Part shown: piece by piece, positions 28,713 to 41,724 of the stretch
How positions within the stretch are numbered: the first letter of the stretch is position 1
How the letters are laid out: each line of letters begins with the position of its first letter
Assembly: GCF_009914755.1 (NCBI RefSeq)
Contig: NC_060934.1
DNA length: 64,000 nt
Direction: 5' to 3' (one strand)
From: the human T2T-CHM13v2.0 reference genome, Homo sapiens
The notes under the pieces: generated by a model
What the model was told of the DNA's origin: nothing
Databases searched by the model: none
Seen by the model: only the letters and a program-made list of their open reading frames with translations
Program-made: the position numbers and the translations under genes

Positions 28713-30744
28713 ACCATTTAAAGTGCCATTATATAGAAATATTTCTAAACTGCAGAGACACTGATTGAACAAGACAACTACCCTGCCAGGGCTCAGAGTG
28801 AAAAGAACAGAAAAGCCCTGCCCTGTATTAAGTGCTGATTGACACGGCTTATTTCTGCATTTAGATCACGTCTGCAGAATGTATTTCTTTACATTAATGC
28901 ACATGTTAGACAAATCAATCACAGTGCTTGATGTATCCACAGCCCCTTCCCCCAAATCGGCTTCCATTCACATTCCCTGCTGGTATCTCCAGCCTCAGCC
29001 ACCAACACTATGGGCTGCAGGACACAGCCTGTGGCTCCCACTGATTTAGAAATGGGCCCCTGGAACCACCAGCATTCTGTTCACAGGTGGCCAAGGTCTA
29101 TGACTGACTTGATGTACTCATCAATAGTTATTAGGCGAGCCAATCAAAAGCCCTCTCTCTAAATAATTTAAATTGGAAATCAAAGAAAGACTCGGCATAG
29201 GAAGTGGGAAGAAGTATATCAGAACATAGTGTAGCTAAATTCTGTTAATAGTGGGGTCCTAGGGGCCCCCTTTCAGCACCTCAGAGCTGTCTTAGACGCA
29301 CTATACCCTTCACTTCCATAAAAACTGACCCTCTTGTGATTTTAAAACATTTTCCTGAGATTCCATTTCCTCATCACCTCACACATATGCTTAGAATGGA
29401 CCCCTCTGTCTGCTTGTGAGAAAAGTAAAGTAAAATAAAGTAAAAAAGAACAGACCCCTCTGCGCCTGATCTAGCATGAGTGGCTCTGCATTCCCTGCAC
29501 TCCATGTTGGCAAATTGAACCATCTATCAAAGGTCAGTGCTGTATCAGCAGATGGAACGTGGAGCTTAGATCATCTGCATTTTGAATAAAAAGGGTTGCA
29601 GGATTAGCGAAACAAAGGCAATGCATATCATCAATGCTTGCTACTTTATGAAATCTTTGCATGCCTTTTACAAGAAAACGTTTAGTCTCATGCTTTTTAA
29701 AAATGTAAATGGCAGGTCTATATTAATAGTGATCACATACTACAGGGCTCCTTAGGTTTGGTATCATATTCTTTTGTTTTTCCTGAATACTATGATAGGC
29801 TGTTTTATCTCTTTTCTAAAGAGACGTGTTTGTCCTAGTTCAATAATGAATATTTAAACATATCACATTATTGATAAACATTCATTTATCTAAAAATATA
29901 GGCCATCTCACATGGCTTGATTTATAAGTGGAAATATTTTAACGAAAAATTTAAAAATTTATGCACCATAGATTTCACTTAGTTTCCTTAAATATTAAGG
30001 CTACACCACAAACAGCATCTGTCTTTTCTGTGATTTCATAGGTAAACTCTTCTCCAGGTTTTTGGCAGGTATTTTGCATGTGTGAATTGGATGTTAACAA
30101 AGTAATCCCATATGAAACTATGGTCACAATTCCAATCTTGGCTTGTAGTGGGAAGCCAGCAGCAAGGTGCGCTTCACTGAGTACGGTGCTGGAGTGCTGG
30201 GAGTTCAACTCCATGCTGTGCTGCTGCTGGGCTGTGTGGCTCTGGGAAACTCACACAACTTCTCTGGGCTTCAATTTCCCTCTCTGCAGAACAAAGAGCT
30301 TCAAGCCGACCTCAACATTCCTTTTCTGTTCTAACATTCTGTTATTCCATGAGTTAGTTATACAGTAATGATGACACAAGGAACAACACCCACTTATAAT
30401 CAAGCATCACTACCTTTCTTTGAAACTTGTAAGCATTCGTGGAGAATGCGGCCCCCATCCCTCCTCTCTCTCTCGCCCTCTGACCCCCTATTTGCCAATA
30501 TCTCTCCTGCAGCCATTGAAATCTGGTTTAACATCAGATGCAATAAAACTTCTGCTGAGAAATAGACTTGATGGATAGACTACTGAGTAGATTACAGAGT
30601 TTTGATGGTAGGACTTAAAGAAATATATTTGATATATTTATATTTGTATATTTTATATTATTTTGAAATACTGAAAATAATAATTTAGTTCTCCCAAACT
30701 ACACCCCTCCCTCCTGACCCAAGTTAACTATTTTCTTCCTTTAC

Positions 30745-31042
30745 TTTTTTTTTTTTCTTTGAGATGGAGTCTTGCTCTGTTGCCCAGGATAGAGTGCAGT
30801 GCATGATCTCAGCTCACTGCAACCTCCACCTCCTGGGTTCAAGGAATTCTCCTGCCTCAGTTGCCCGAGTAGCTGGCTTTACAGGTGCGCACCACCGTGC
30901 CTGGCTAATTTTTGTATTTTCAGCAGAAACGGGGTTTCACCGTGTTGGACAGGCTGGTCTCGAACTCCTGATTTCTGGTGATCTGCCCGCCTCAGCCTCC
31001 CAAAATGCTGAGATTACAGGCGTGAGCCACCACACCTGGCCT
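30745..31042 (-). mobile_element. AluS
   Basis: Reverse Alu consensus. Confidence 0.92.
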
Positions 31043-31448
31043 TTGCTTTACTTTTCATATATGTTTATTATATGTGCATGCTCTCTTAAAATACATGTAT
31101 TTATTATTTTCCTTGATTTTCACCTTATCAAATAATAGCATATGTTGGGTAAATGTTTGGGACTTGCTCTCTCCACTTAATAGTATGATCCATTACTAAG
31201 ATGAATTCACATCGTTGGATGCCAAACCAATAGTGTTGTTATTGGGTCATACGAATGTGAACAGAAAGCATATGTATTAGAATCAGTGAAATACAGCAGT
31301 TGAAAATCTTACCATATGTATTAGAAATCCCAGGTTCAGGGAGTAAACCAGGAGCAGGGTTTAACGTAACATAGGCATAATGAAATGAAATGAAAATAGT
31401 TTCTGTATAACTATTCCACAAGTGAATTTATAGATGGAATTTGGCTTT

Positions 31449-31741
31449 TTCTTTTTTTTTGAGACGGAGTCTTGCTCTGTCTCCCAGGCTGGAGTGCAGT
31501 GGCGCGATCTCGGCTCACTGCAAGCTCCGCCTCCCGGGTTTAGCCATTCTCCTGCCTCAGCCTCCCGAGTAGCTGGGACTACGGGCGCCCACCACCACGC
31601 CGGGCTAATTTTTTTGTGTTTTTTAGTAGAGACGGGGTTTCACTCTGTTAGCCAGGATGGTCTCGATCTCCTGACCTCGTGATCTGCCCGCCTCGGCCTC
31701 CCAAAGTGCTGGGATTACAGGCGTGAGCCACCGCGCCCGGC
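31449..31741 (-). mobile_element. AluY
   Basis: CpG-rich AluY diagnostics; TSD tggcttt. Confidence 0.94.
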
Positions 31742-31768
31742 TGGCTTTGTTTTAAAAGGGGCAAATAA

Positions 31769-32127
31769 AGCCAGGTGCAGTGGTTCACACCTGTAATCTC
31801 AGCACTTTGGGAGGCTGAGGTGGGTAGAAAATAACTTCCTGGATGACAGTCATTTCCAGGTGGCTGAGGGACCCCCCCACAAAAGTCTCTCACTGCACTG
31901 AAAGGCTTCCTCTAAACTTGAGCTCAGCAGTTCAAAAGCAGCTCTGACTACATAGTGAGACCTCGTCTCTACAGAAAATTAAAAAAGTTAGCTGGGTGTG
32001 GTGGTGCGCACGTGTGGTCCCAGCTGCTCTGGAAGCCACTTGAGTCCAGGAGGTAGAGGCTGCAATGAGCCATGATCGTACCACTGCACTCCAGCCTGGG
32101 CTACAGAGCAAGACCCAGTCTCAAAAA
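31769..32127 (+). mobile_element. AluJ containing an ~88-bp non-Alu insert
   Basis: TSD aaaa(t)ggggcaaataa; Alu sequence interrupted at ~31829-31916. Confidence 0.8.
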
Positions 32128-32237
32128 TGGGGCAAATAATATATTTTTAAAATAATTGTATTTCATCTCACTGATAACAATAGTTTCCCCCTAAATAGAG
32201 TTGAATTCCCCAACTCTAGCAGTGTTATGACAGGATG

Positions 32238-32256
32238 CTGCCACTAGGTGGCTGCC
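32238..32256 (+). promoter_or_regulatory. Candidate CTCF site
   Basis: ctgCCACTAGGTGGCtgc closely matches the CTCF core CCASYAGRKGGC. Confidence 0.6.
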
Positions 32257-33729
32257 TTTCTTCTAACTTTGACAATTTCCTTGGCAAGGGCTCTGCGTTG
32301 AGTAAATATGTCCTTCACATGGTTTATTTATTTTTACTAAAATTGCTTTCATGACAGTTATTCAAACTCACAACCAATTCATACTGCTAGGCTGGCATTT
32401 TAAACAGGAAGAGTGAAACAGAGCCACTGTCGCTGGAAAGGGATGGAACGTCACGGTGCGCTCTAAAAGGACAGGGGGCTTGTGCGGTGCCCTGTTGTAA
32501 ATAATTTGTAAAGAAATGCGCGGCGCCCCTGTTGGGAATTGGAGCTCTGGGCGTGGCGTCTGGAGTGGGTGTGTGCTGCTTTTGCTTCCGAGACATTCAT
32601 TCATATTTCCCCTCTTCGTTTCACTCGGCGCGAGCCCTCCTTCCTCTGCCTCCTGCCCCAGACAATAGCTCTCCATTCATAGCACGTGGCCTGGACTCAC
32701 CTCTGAGCTGGAGGCCTGGCCCATCAGAGCGTTTCCCTGCCTCAGGCTACAGTGATTGGATAAGGAATGAACAAATGACTAAGTCAGCAAAAACTCAATT
32801 CTAGAATTTTGGGGGACTCTTAGGAAAGTTACTTTTATTTTTCACTTGGGTTTCTGAGAGACAGACTAAGCCTCCCCGAAATGAAGCCGTGGAAAGCCAG
32901 GCAGGGCAGGAGAGGGAAGGACGATGGTCCCATGCTCTGCACCCTCTACTCACCCTGCCTTACGCCATCTTTACTCCTGGATTTTCCAGTTTTATAGCTT
33001 TAAGCTGGTTTCTTTCACTTGCTGCCCAAACTCCTGAAGATATAAAGTCAAAAGGCAAATGCCATTTGACTGGACTACCTTCTAGCTATAGTTTTGACAA
33101 ACCACTTTTTGTGTAGAAGGGCTACCCCTCCAGTAACCTTCCCTCACTTTGTAGTTTTCGGGTGCCTGGTGTGTCCTGGGTAAGAGAAGAGTGACAGCAG
33201 CTGGTTTGAATGACGCTTTCTTAGTGGACGCCATGGACATGGTGTCCATGAGCACCACAGAGTAAACTAAGGGACCTCTCATGTCCACCCAAAGGTGTGT
33301 TACTGCACAGAGGTTTATGCAATGCGGCTTTGCATCACCAGACAACCCCGAACTCCATAAATAGCAGCGAGACACGTCAAGAGAAAGGGGAGTAGGGAAG
33401 CCGAAAATATGTCCTTTACATGTGGAGAAACATGGCTTCTGGGGTCACCTGTCTGTGTCTCCCTCACTTTAACTCCTGGCAGTTGATGGACATTGGAAAG
33501 CCACCGTCTGCCTTCCAATTTCCAGGGAACAGGAATCTTGTTTCCACCCACACAATGCATTGCCAATGTTTAGTATTGAGAGATAAAGCCTTATTAGGAA
33601 ACAAGAGAAGTTTAAAAATAAAGAAAAAAGAGAAAAACGAAAATATCTTCTGAATATCTATAGTTCAGTTTAACACGAATTCAAAATAATATGCAACGAA
33701 TTCATGATATTGAGAATTTCAAGTATCCT

Positions 33730-34010
33730 GGCTGGGCACGGCGGCTCATGCCTGTAGTCCCAGCACTTTGAAAGGCTGAGGCAGGCAGATTGCTTCTGCT
33801 CAGGGGTCTGAGACGAGTTTGGACAACAGAGCGAAACCCTGTCTCTACAAAAAATACAAAACATTAGCTGGGTGTGGTGGCACATGCCTGTGGTCCCAGC
33901 TACTCGGGAGGCTGAGACGGGAAGATGGATTGAAGCCGGGAGCTCAAGGCTGCTCTGCGCCACTGCACTCCAGCCTCGGTGGCAGAGCAAGGCTCCGTCT
34001 TAAAAAAAAA
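33730..34010 (+). mobile_element. AluJ
   Basis: Diverged Alu consensus with poly-A. Confidence 0.88.
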
Positions 34011-35403
34011 TTCTGTTCAGGGAAACAGGGAACAATGAACTGATTAACTCCACTTCTACCCTCTTACTGTTTTTTCTATTTGTCCTCACTGAAATTTGTT
34101 ACTCTGTCCTCTGACTGGAGGCCCTGGTGGCTCCTGGGCTGGGCTGGGGCCCCCTGTGTGCACAGACCCCTTTGGGAAATGGAGTGGAAACCTGAGAGTT
34201 TGTGTCCTGAAGAGTCAGATGGAAGCTCAGGAGCCAGCAGACACTGAGCACCTGTCTTTGTCACCACACAGGGCTCTGCCCATCACAGGAGACACTCAGG
34301 GGCTCAGGTTCCAGAACTTTCCCCCGCTGGCCTCAGGCCGGGGGAGCAGCTCCCCTTCACCCATCGAGAAGGCCTGTGCAGGCTCTAGTGTCCGGGAGAA
34401 GGGCCATGTCTGCCTCACTTCCATCTTCCCAGGAGGTCCTTCTGAAAAAAATGTCACTATCACCCCTGTTTCTATTTCAGCTTCCCGTTGTTTTTCTCAG
34501 TTCATTGGAATACGGGCCTAGAATTTCCATCTCAGCATGGTCTCTCTCGTATTCTCCCACTTGCTGGCGGTCTTCCAAGAGCCATCCCAGCAAACGCTGG
34601 GGCATTTTTGTCCAGTTATGCCACCAGCCCACCACGGGGACCGAGCCTGGACCTTTGGATCAGAGCTTTATTGGTGAGGCCAACGCAGAGGTGGGTGATT
34701 CATCATGGATTACCAGGGTGGGCTTTGGAGCCAGGGCCCTGGGTGTAAGTTCAGCTCTACTTCTTAAAGCTGTAGGACCCGGGCAGGTCCCTTGGGGGCC
34801 CTGTGACTCTGTTTCTTCTTCTACAAAACGACAATGTTCACGGAAGAGCTCCTGGCTCAAGCGTTATCAAGATTCATGAGTACATACAGGTAAAGCACCC
34901 AGCACAGAGTATCATATAAATGCTTGTTGCTATGAATATCATCCTATTCCCTGGTGGTGTTTGGGGAACCTCTTTTCCCTTCTCTCCCGGGTAGATTCGC
35001 CTGCAGTGAGTGGGAGTTCTGTGGCTCCTGGGGTCATCGGCTGAGTCCCTCTCCGGCTTCTCCTTCCTGACTGTGAATTGCTGTGTGGCCACGCTTGGGT
35101 GTGTCTCTCTCCATTCTCTGTTGCTCGTGGCAGCTGTCGCTTTGGAGTCATGATTCCAGTTGGAACTGAGAAGCAAATACTGCCCACCTGGCCATGGACA
35201 CTGGCTGCCCGTTCAGAAGCTGTCCAGCCACCAGCAGCTGCCCTCTGAACGACTGCCTTCTAGAATGTCTAGTTTGCCAAACATCAATTTGTTAAAATTA
35301 CAGGTTTATTGTTTCTTTGAAACCAACTTACCCCACATCAGGCCACAAACTGAATATGTAATTCCAGGGTACTGAGCCTGGCTGGTGTTGACGCTGCTTC
35401 ACT

Positions 35404-35735
35404 TTCTTGTTTTCTTTTTTCTTTTCTTTTTCTTTTTTTTTTTTTTTTTTTTGAGATGGAGTCTCACTCTGTCACCCAGGCTGGAGTGCAGTGGCACGAT
35501 CTCAGCTCACTGCAGCCTCTGCCTCCCAGGGTTCAAGCAATTCTCATGCCTCAGCCTCCCAAGTAGCTGGGACTACAGGCGCCCGCCACCACATTCGGCC
35601 AAGTTTTGTATTTTTAGCAGAGATGGGGTTTCACCATGTTGGCCAGGGTGGTCTTGAACTCCTGACCTCAGGTGATCCGCCCATCTCGGTCTCCCAAAGT
35701 GCTGGGATTACTGGTGTGAACCACTGCGCCCGGCC
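35404..35735 (-). mobile_element. AluS
   Basis: Reverse Alu; TSD-like ttcactttct. Confidence 0.92.
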
Positions 35736-37536
35736 AACATTTCACTTTCTAAAGCCACATTTTTAAGGTACGCAGCCCACGCTTCATGCCGGGCCTGGGA
35801 GGGGGTTCCTGGTTGTAAACCTGTCTCTGACCTCCCAGCTGGCTCAGAGATGTCCCCAACCCAGAGTCCAGAGGACAGCCCACTTTGGGGAGGAAGCTCG
35901 CTTGGGGTCCTGGGTGTAAAGCCAGCCAAAGCAACACCACATTTCTGGCCTTGGCTGGAAAAGGGCAGCTGAGAGCATCACCCCTGTCTGCCGGCCACGG
36001 TCTTCTCTCTCCTCTCAGAAACGGGTCTTGGATCTCTTCAGATCGTGTGTCCATCAGGCTAGACTGGGAACCAGTTTTCAGTTGTAGCCTTTCTAAAGAG
36101 GCGTCACTATTGTTTCTGTTTCTATTTCAGCTTTCTATCACGTTCCCTCAGTCCAGGGAGACCTGGGCATGGAATTCCCATCTCAGCTCGGCCTCTGCCG
36201 TGGTCTGCAACTTGCTGGCGGTCTCCCAAGAGTCATCCCAGCAAACGTGGGGGCTCTTTTGTCCTGTTATGTGAATGGCCACCACGGGGAACATTCCCGC
36301 CCACTGGGGCCTGTGGGGGCTGTGTTCACCCCGGGGTGGGGAGGGGGGTCTGGCCCTGCAGGTGGGTCCTCAGGCCCCAGGCAGGGGTGTCCTTGGATGA
36401 GCTGTCCTGCTGGGGGGCCATGCAGAGCTGCCGAGGAGAAGGAACAGGCAATGAGGCCGAGGCCAGGGGCGTCCCCTCGCTTCCTTCCAAGGCTTCCTTC
36501 CGGGACCTCTCATCTTGGAGGCTGCTTTTTCTTTTGGTTCATTTCATCTGGATTTTACCAAGGAGAAAAATGCACTGGGGGAAGCAAGGAGTTACAGGCC
36601 GAGGGCTGAGTGGTTTGCTTTAGTCCTGCACACCCCAGACACCCCGGCCGCTTTCCCAGCAGTCCAGGAATTAATTCCAGGAATGCTCTGCGTCCCAGCC
36701 TCCTGCAGCGGGACTCTCTGTCCGCTGCTTCCAGCCGAAGGCCACCGGAGGGCAGCAGAGGCCTGGCTGAACCGGGCCGGGCGCTGCCGAGACTCTGGGA
36801 ACGTCTCCCACTCAGTCTCCCTCGTTCTACAGCTGGTAGCAGGCAGGTGCTGCTGGTTCCTTCCATCAGGAGGGAGTGACCGCTGACCATTGCGTTACCA
36901 CATGGAGCAGCGAAAGGAGACGTCCCCATCAGGTCTTCCAGCAACGGCAGCTCAGAATTTTCACTGGGATCTCTCAAAAATGCATTCATTTAAGGGATAG
37001 CTGTCTGTTTGTGGATTTCTTAGGGTTGAGTCATTACACGAGGCTTATCAGGGACAGGGATCAGTGCTTCGGTGTCACTGGTGAAAAGAAGCTCATAAAA
37101 CAACTTTCGGGATTAGCTCATTCGCCAGTGATTGCGACTGTGGCAAACCACACTGCCCCCAGCACGGCGGGTGTCAATTATGTGACACAGACTCTAAAAC
37201 GAGGTGATGTTAAAGAGGCTTCATAAAATTGTCTTGTATACAACTCCCAGAATATTACTTAGGAATATAGTTCCACTGAGTGCAAATGCAGTCAATATTT
37301 ATTTGAAAATGTGAAAATCTAGCCAATTGGATATATGCAGGTGATTGAGATAATTCAAACTTTAATGTCTTTTTGAATATTGCATTCTCTTGTTTATTCT
37401 TTGGCATTTAAACCAGTCTGAAGCTCAGCTGATTCTCATGATTTAGGATTGGAATGCCCAGTGTTTCAGGTGAATCGTGTTTAGGGCTAATTTGGGCTCT
37501 GAGAAGGGCCCATTCGTTACTTAAGAAGTGCTTGGT

Positions 37537-37945
37537 TGTCTTAGCCAGCTCGGGCCGTGACAAAATACCGAAGACTGAGTGACTTCAGCAGCAAACAGGG
37601 ATTCCTCACAGTTCTGGAGACTGAAGTCTAAGGTCAAGGCACCGGCAGATTCACTTGCTGATGAGGGCCTTTTCCTGGTTGAGAGAGGGCACCTTCTCAC
37701 TGTATCCTCACATGGGGGTGGGGGAGAGAGAGAGAGGAGAGACAGAGAGAGGAGAGGGAGAGAGAGAGAGCTCTGCCCCCTTCCTCTTCTTTTTACAGCG
37801 CTGGTCCCATCGTGGGGCCCCAAGTCATAGCTTCATCCAACCCTCATTGTCTCCCCAAGTTCCTGCCTCTAAATACTGCCATATGAGGGGCTTGGGCTTT
37901 GACATGAATTTTTGGGGTGAACACAAGCATTCAATGCATGCCCAA
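37537..37945 (-). mobile_element. MLT1A-like MaLR LTR with internal (GA)n
   Basis: tgtcttagccagctcgggc...cctcacagttctggagactgaagtctaaggtcaaggcacc...gacatgaatttttgggg. Confidence 0.75.
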
Positions 37946-37961
37946 GGGGACACTGGTGGTC

Positions 37962-38345
37962 ATGTGATGGCCGAATTGTGTCTCCCAGGAAATCCTACAT
38001 GGAAGCCCCAACCCCTGGGACCTCAGATTATGACTGTATTTGGAGATAGGGTCTTTAAAGAGGTAATTAATGTAAAATGAGGCCATCAGGGTAGTCTCTA
38101 AACCACAGGGTTGATGTCCTGATAAGAGGAGGAGATTCGGATGCAGGTGCACACAGAGGGACGACCCTGTGAGGACACAGGGAGAAGACGCCGTCTGCAA
38201 GCCATGGAGAGGACTCAGGATGAACTGGCCCTGCCCACACCATCATCTCAGACTTGCAGCCTCTAGGACTGTGAGAAATACCTTGCTGGGAGTTAAACCC
38301 CCAGTCTGTGGTGCTTTGTGGCGACAGCCCTCGTGCACAGAGACA
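37962..38345 (+). mobile_element. MLT1A/B-like MaLR LTR
   Basis: tgtgatggccgaattgtgtc...gactgtatttggagatagggtctttaaagaggtaatt...gcctctaggactgtgagaaata. Confidence 0.8.
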
Positions 38346-39452
38346 CCAGGCTGGGGAAGCGTGGCTCAGCCTTGAAGAAGCAGCAGAGAGATCACACAGA
38401 TGGAGACAGATGTGGGGAAGGGATCCAGCCACTGGCCTCAGCTTTTCTGCACCCCCTTAGCTCCTGCTGACCTGGAGGTCTCTCCCAGCCTGGGTTTAGT
38501 TTTAGTAGAAATCGGGGCAGCTTTCTCACACATTCAGGCAGAACAAACACAGAACAGACGGTCACGTGCACGGATGTCATGGGGCAAACTGAAGCACAAA
38601 CACACACGGGCCTCACCTGCCCAGCGCAGCCCCAGGGTCCCCAGTCTGGTTAGGGTCCCTGGCTGGTTAGGGTCCCCAGCTGCTTAGGGTCTCCTCCACT
38701 GTCAGGGCAGGTGAGGCCCATTTGTGTGTCTGGGCCGGGACCAGAGTGAGAATTCAGGTTGTGGTGTCAGCAGGCGAACAGGGAGGTGAGGAGGGCAGCT
38801 TGCAGGGACCAGCAGGTAAGGCAGAAGAGGAACTTCAGACACAGAGAAGTAAATGAGGAAGCAAATCGCAGCACACAGAGGCATCTGCGGGGCTCGTTTC
38901 TGGAAGGCTGAGGATGGAGGAGTATGTGTGTGGTCTCAACCATGCGTCAGGAAACCCACTGAGTCAAAGCTGCTCGCCCTGGCTCAGGTGCTGCTGGCTG
39001 CTCCTGGCTGCCTTACAGCCTTCTAAGAGCCCGCTGGAAACTCTCCAGACCTGGCGGCAAGCAGGTCCCTAGGTGTCAGGACTCATGGCTGCAGGCTTAT
39101 TCCCTAGGCTCAAGGCCACCATCCTGCGAATGAGGCAAACGATTGGAGCCCTGTCCCATCTGATCATAACTGATGCTTGCAAGTCTTATAAAACAAGTAA
39201 AAACTGAGCACTTACTGTGTGCCGGGTGGTCTGTTTGGGGTTGAAAGCATCCACATGAACAAGACATCCTTCATCAGCCAGAAGGGTGGATTCTTTTGGA
39301 GGGAAGGGGTGCCAGGTAGCTGGTTGTGCAGGGGATCCTTGTAGATGGCCAAGACATAAAGCCCACCTTTCCAGGAAGCCAGACGCATTGCTCCTGGCGT
39401 AGTGCTCGGCCCAGCTGTCGAACTTGCCCTGCTCATTACTGAGGACTCTGAC

Positions 39453-39809
39453 TATATTGGTCTGCTCTCACGCTGCTAATAAAGACATACTGGAGACTGG
39501 GTAATTTATAAAGGAAAGAGCTTTAATGGACTCGCAATTCCACAGGGCTGGGGCGGCCTCAAAATCATGGTGGAAGAGCAAGGGACGTCTTACATGGCAG
39601 CAGGCAAGAGAGAGCTTGTGTAGGGGAACTCCCCTTTATAAAACCATCAGATCTCATGAGACTCACTCACGATCAAGAGAACAGCACAGAAAAAAAACCC
39701 ACCCCCATGATTCAATTACCTCCCACTGGGTTCCTCCCATGACGCATGGGAATCGTGGGAGCTACAGTTCAAGATGAGATTTGGGTGGGGACAGAGCCAA
39801 ACCCTATCA
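39453..39809 (-). mobile_element. THE1B/C solo LTR
   Basis: Ends gagatttgggtggggacagagccaaaccctatca; perfect 5-bp TSD ctgac. Confidence 0.9.
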
Positions 39810-40009
39810 CTGACCTGGGGAGGGCTTTCCTATGAGGCACTTAGCCCTGCCTGTGAACTTGCCACTTTCCCTGCCTGTTTAACCTCACTGGATTGAGAGT
39901 TCCTTAAAGTTTGAGATGAACTCTGTCTGGTTCACTTCTTCTAGCGCCTGGCACGGGATAGATGACCCCCTCATATTTGTTAAAGAATGAAAGAGAGATT
40001 TCAAGAACT

Positions 40010-40800
40010 TTGTTAACTCAAAATCACACAACCTACACATTTAGAAAGGAAACTTCCTTCCAAAGGGTTACAGGCTGCAAGGTGGCCATCCCAACAGGCT
40101 GGGAAGCATTGCCCAGCCTGGAGCCTGGGAGGCAGTCACCTGCGAGGGAGAGGAGAATGGAACAGGGGTCCATGCTGAATGGATTGGCCAAGCATGCATA
40201 TTCAACAGATTATAGGAGCAGCTATGAATATTCATGAAGGGGGCTGGCACATGCATAATGCACAAACATGCCTGTTACATATGACCCAAGTTCACCTTGG
40301 GGTGTAAACCCAACATTTAAATGAGTTACAGTTGGGCCATATACATCAAATGTTCTTTTCAGGACACAGAGGCACTCAAGTGCTCAGCCTCTGTAAAGCA
40401 GCTGGAACCAGTCCATGCTTGGGGGTCTTTTAATTAGGAGAAAGTTACTGAAATCAGTCTCTGGCCTAATCAAAGCTGTAGTGGTGGCTGCTGGAATGGG
40501 GTTCCGTTGGGCGGTGTCTGATGGTTGGTGAGCTCTAACTGCTGCGACATTGCTCATCTCGGGGCCAGGGCTTATTTAGCTGCCAGAGAAAAAGAAACAC
40601 CTTATGAGAGTTAGAACACAGTTTATTCTTTAAGTGTGGGGTGTGTGACTTAACCCTTGCCTGGTACTGCCTTAGGGTCTGTGTAAAATTTGGTATTATA
40701 TTGCCACAGAGTTCCCTCTGTCAGTCTTGTGGTCTCTGTTCTAACGTAAATGCTGGTCAGTTGTGCCTAAACCCCAAAAGAGTGGGGTGTAATGAGGCTT
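40010..40800 (-). mobile_element. ERV1 LTR (MER39/MER4-group-like), subfamily uncertain
   Basis: aaagggttacaggctgcaaggtggccatccc..aggctgggaagc and gctatgaatattcatgaagg motifs. Confidence 0.55.
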
Positions 40801-41724
40801 GAGGGACTTAGAATTTTCCTTTTGGCTTACACTTCCCTAGTGTGAATGTGGGAGCACGTGGCGGGCACTGGGGACCGTGGGGTCCTGGGTTGGGCCTGGA
40901 GGGAAGTTCACGGTGATGCTGAGTGAGGATGAGCAGCTCTGGGATGGAACGCGACACGCTGAGCCATGCCATGTGCAACGTGTTTGCGTTGAGAAGCCAG
41001 AAGAAGTTTAGGGATTTTCTCTTTGCTGTGACCTGCAGTCCCTTTACTTCTTCAGCGGGACTTTCTTTCTGAGGGGCTGGGGGAGGGTGACTGCCTTTGA
41101 GAACTGGTGTCAGAGGGAGGCGCAGAGCAGGCGGGTCAGTGGCTGCAGACTTGGGGTCTAAAGGCAGGCGTCCCCATCATGATTTGCATGACAGGCAAAT
41201 ACCTGGAGCCCCCACAGCCGGGCAACACTAGAATCACTGGGCCATGAAGATCAGGTCACAGGGAACAGCTCAGTCTGAGTTCTCTACTGGAATTTTCCAA
41301 CACAACTTGGAAGTCAGAGCTGTGCTGGGATCCCAGCAACTGGGGGAGGCAAATTCGGGTCAGGGGAGGGAGGGCGGGGGCCATGAGGGAGACACAGCAT
41401 CCCAGAAACATTCGAATAAACAAAGAACCGGAAAATCAGAGCAGCAGCAGGTGAGAAGGAACCCAAGGGTGGGCGGGCTGTTGCTGGACGCCAGCCTGAT
41501 CTGTGGCACGGTTTGCAGCGAGGTACACAGGGATGAGCTGCCCTGGTGGGTGTGCCCACCTCTCACACTTGAATAACATTTTACATTTCATTCATTCATT
41601 CATTGGTTCATTAGTTCAATAGATTGTTTTTCTTTAATGAAAGCCTTTTGTTTCTGGGAACTTTCTCTGCTTGCCTCAAGAATGTTCTGCTTGAAGATGT
41701 TTATGCTTTAGAATGTTTGTTTGT

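Noticed and set aside
34460-34600. H/ACA snoRNA-like reading of the duplicated element on the minus strand (ANANNA after the hairpin, terminal ACA)
   Set aside because: The second hairpin is unconvincing, the motifs are short enough to occur by chance, and no host intron is evident.
34376-34879. 167-aa ORF over the first copy of the 188-bp duplication
   Set aside because: The second copy is frameshifted relative to it and the ORF runs into a MIR-like repeat; no coding constraint.
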